In this document: positions 61,612 to 64,000 of the stretch, one piece after another
Numbering within the stretch: the stretch's first letter is position 1
How the letters are laid out: each line of letters opens with the position of its first letter
NCBI GenBank assembly: GCA_001179505.1
Contig: CDMY01001052.1
Span: 62,001-126,000 of the forward strand
Reading direction: 5' to 3'
Source: Vitrella brassicaformis CCMP3155
Lineage: Eukaryota > Protista > Chromerida
Length of the DNA: 64,000 nucleotides
Translations under genes and position numbers: made by a program
Notes under the pieces: model-generated
Database searches by the model: none
What the model was told of the DNA's origin: nothing
Seen by the model: the letters and a program-made list of their open reading frames with translations, nothing else

Positions 61612-63993
61612 TCACACACTGCCGCCGCGACCGCCTGATCCACCCGGCATACCCGGGGCTCCACCATGTCCACCACCTGCTCCTCCATAACCACCTGGGG
61701 CTCCACCCACTCCGCCTGGCCCCTCGTCTAGCGATTCCGAGTCATCCGCTTCAGACACGCTAGATTCTCCCTCTGATTCATCAGGCTGCATTCCTCCCGC
61801 CCCCCTCTCGCCCTCCGTGTCTCCACTCACCTCACTCTCACTCTCACTATCACTCTCACCCTCAAGTGTCTCAGACTCGCTCTCTCCCTCGCTCTCACTC
61901 GGTGCCTCTTCCTCTTGCTGCTCGGACTCTTCTTCCTGCCTGATAGTTGTCGGTGGCCGATAGACGCGGATCTTCTGGGGTCGTGAGGCCTCCTTGGTGG
62001 GTGTGTCTTTCGCAGGGACGAGGCGGCACACCCCTCCCTCGCACACGACGCCTGAACACACACACGACACGACACGACACAGCATCTTTACCCAGAGCAG
62101 TGATGTCGTGCGGACCTGGTGGCATGCCCGAGTCAGTGTCTTGCTGCTGCTGTGCGGGCCGCGGAGGGGCCACAGCCGGATGGATAGCGCTGCTGACGCG
62201 CTTGGCGGCGATAAGCTTGGTGGGGGGGTTTAGGAGAGGAGGCGCCTCCTTTTGTTCTTCGTCCTCTTCCTCTTGTTCGTCCTCTTCCAGAAGGTGGGGT
62301 CCGGTTTCTTCCTCTGAGTCACCCTCAAAGGACTCGCTGTCGCTCGGCTCGCTGGCAGTCGTCTCAGCCTCGCTCTCAGCCTCGCTCTCGCTCTCACTCT
62401 CGATTTCGGATTCCTCTTCTGCACGGAGGGCCATTGCCGCCCCTGCCGACGTCGGCGGCCACTGGAATCGGTGGCGGAGGGCCCTCTTTGTGCTGCATGT
62501 GTGCGACCAGATGCCTTCCGTGCTGTGTCTTGTTTAGCTCGTGCAGGCGTCTTGTGGCCTCGTGCAGCATCCTCTCGCTGCGTTCGCGGATCTCTCGGCT
62601 CTTCCCTGAGCGAGCGACCGACGAACAAAGACCACAGGGAAGAAAGGATGGATGGATGGATGGATGGATGGCAGATAGACAGACAGACACACAGACAGAC
62701 AGACAGAGAGACAGACAGGCATCTCTCTCTCTCTCTCTGTGTGTCTCTCTCTGTGTGTCTCTCTCTGCCCGCTTGCTTACTGTCTACTTCTTGCAGGTGT
62801 CTGAGGTTGCTCTGCGCGTGTTCGACCTGCCTGACGGCGTGCAGCCGCTGCAGCTGGGTCCTATTGAGGATATGCTTCAGCTCATCCGGGAGCGGGGGCA
62901 GCGTCTCGACAGAGGGACACTCGTGCGTCGTGGTCGCCGGCTCCAGCAGCCTTATCTTCACATGCCTGTGCCTGACAGGCGCCTGTGTGTGGGGGGGTAG
63001 CGGCATCGTGGTGGTCGTTGGTGGCTTTGGTCCGAGCCCGAAGTGGTGGCCGGAGGGGAAGGGGTCTGGCGGGACTGTGTGGTGTTCCGTGAAGGGGCAC
63101 GGCTTCTTGCCCATGTTGGCCGGGAGGATAAACTGGTCGCACCTGAACCCCTGCCAGCCGGGGCGGCACCTACAGCCACCGGTGTCCTGCAGAGACAGAG
63201 GGAACGAACGGAACACTCATTTGTTGGCCGATGGGATCGTGGTGTGTGCCTGTCACTCACACACCGGGTCGCACCCGTAGTCCGTGCAGCCATCTGAGCA
63301 CTCGACACAGACGCCGAGAGTCTCGCGGAGGTTGCCGTGGGTCCCCGGTGGGCAGCAGTAATGGCCGTAGAATGGGGGGTCAGTGCCGCCTGCATATTGA
63401 TCATCAACACCACAGACGCACCACAACCATATGCACATCTCTCCCTCCCCCCAAGCCGACCGTCCAGGACTCACATTCATCGCAGTATCGCAGCTTCCCG
63501 CGGGTGTCCTTGAGATGCTCCAGCCCCGCCACGCCAGCAATATCGATGACCTCCATGGTCTCAACACACGTCTTGCACCGCGGCGCCTGACAAAACTCAG
63601 GCACCCCAACACCTCCACCCTCACCCTCCAGCAGTCGACGATGCTCGCCTCCACTGGCGAATCTCAGCAGAGCCTCGAGACTGCGCTCCCCCATCTCCCG
63701 CCCCACCACTGGCAGGCTGACAGCCAGTCGGTCTTCCCCCGAGACACCCTCAAAGCCGCCCGAAGAGTCATCCTCCTCGTACTTTGCCACCGGCTGCGCG
63801 ATGACATACTCAGTGCCATTGCGCCGGTCATCAGAAGCAGCGATGAACGCTGCAGGGGGGAGGGGGCTGGGCAGCGAGGCTGACGGAGAGGGAGGGGGGA
63901 CGGGCGCCTGGTGGATGCGCCTGCGCCGTTGATGAAGTTGATGGTGCTTGTGGGCTCGGCTGACATTGAAGCGCGCCCCATGGGCGCCGTCAT
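61612..63993 (-). CDS. Multi-exon Cys-rich/EGF-like protein with coiled coil and Glu/Ser-rich repeats (5' end probably outside the window; internal frame uncertain)
   Basis: Exons: FIAASDDRRNGTEYV...FCQAPRCKTC...YCDEC; YCCPPGTHG...CVECSDGCTDYGCDP; GGCRCRPGWQGFRCDQF (EGF-like); coiled coil; ESEIESESESEAES repeats; GVVCEGGVCRLVP; Gly/Pro-rich end GGAPGMPGGSGGRGGSV* at 61612. Confidence 0.6.
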
Positions 63994-64000
63994 GTAGTAG

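Noticed and set aside
1-64000. Search for CRISPR arrays, tRNA/rRNA genes, retrotransposon or transposase ORFs
   Set aside because: None recognised by eye. All repeats seen are simple microsatellites or low-complexity coding repeats.

Overview
Eukaryotic, GC-rich, intron-dense genomic DNA. Introns and intergenic spaces are packed with (CA)n, (GA)n, (GATG)n and (CAGA)n microsatellites, and there are two 300-N assembly gaps. This style, plus bipartite plastid-type leaders, suggests a chromerid alveolate such as Vitrella brassicaformis (inference, not checked). I spliced genes by hand using GT/AG sites and reading-frame continuity and recover about 14 genes. Three are clear housekeeping genes: acetyl-CoA synthetase with a plastid-type leader, cytosolic glutamyl-tRNA synthetase, and a kinesin-3 ending in a CaaX box. 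The more unusual genes are: an RRN3 (Pol I initiation factor) homolog with a DUF3223/DCL-like domain inserted in it; a secreted knottin/EGF-C2 protein; a predicted GPI-anchored GH5-like protein with altered catalytic motifs; an LRR + Cys-repeat + ~9-TM CRMP-like receptor; a full-length homolog of the uncharacterised plant At5g11700-type family; a jacalin-like protein; and a protein with two divergent AP2-like repeats. I saw no RNA genes, CRISPR arrays or recognisable transposons. All domain calls come from motif recognition, not database searches.
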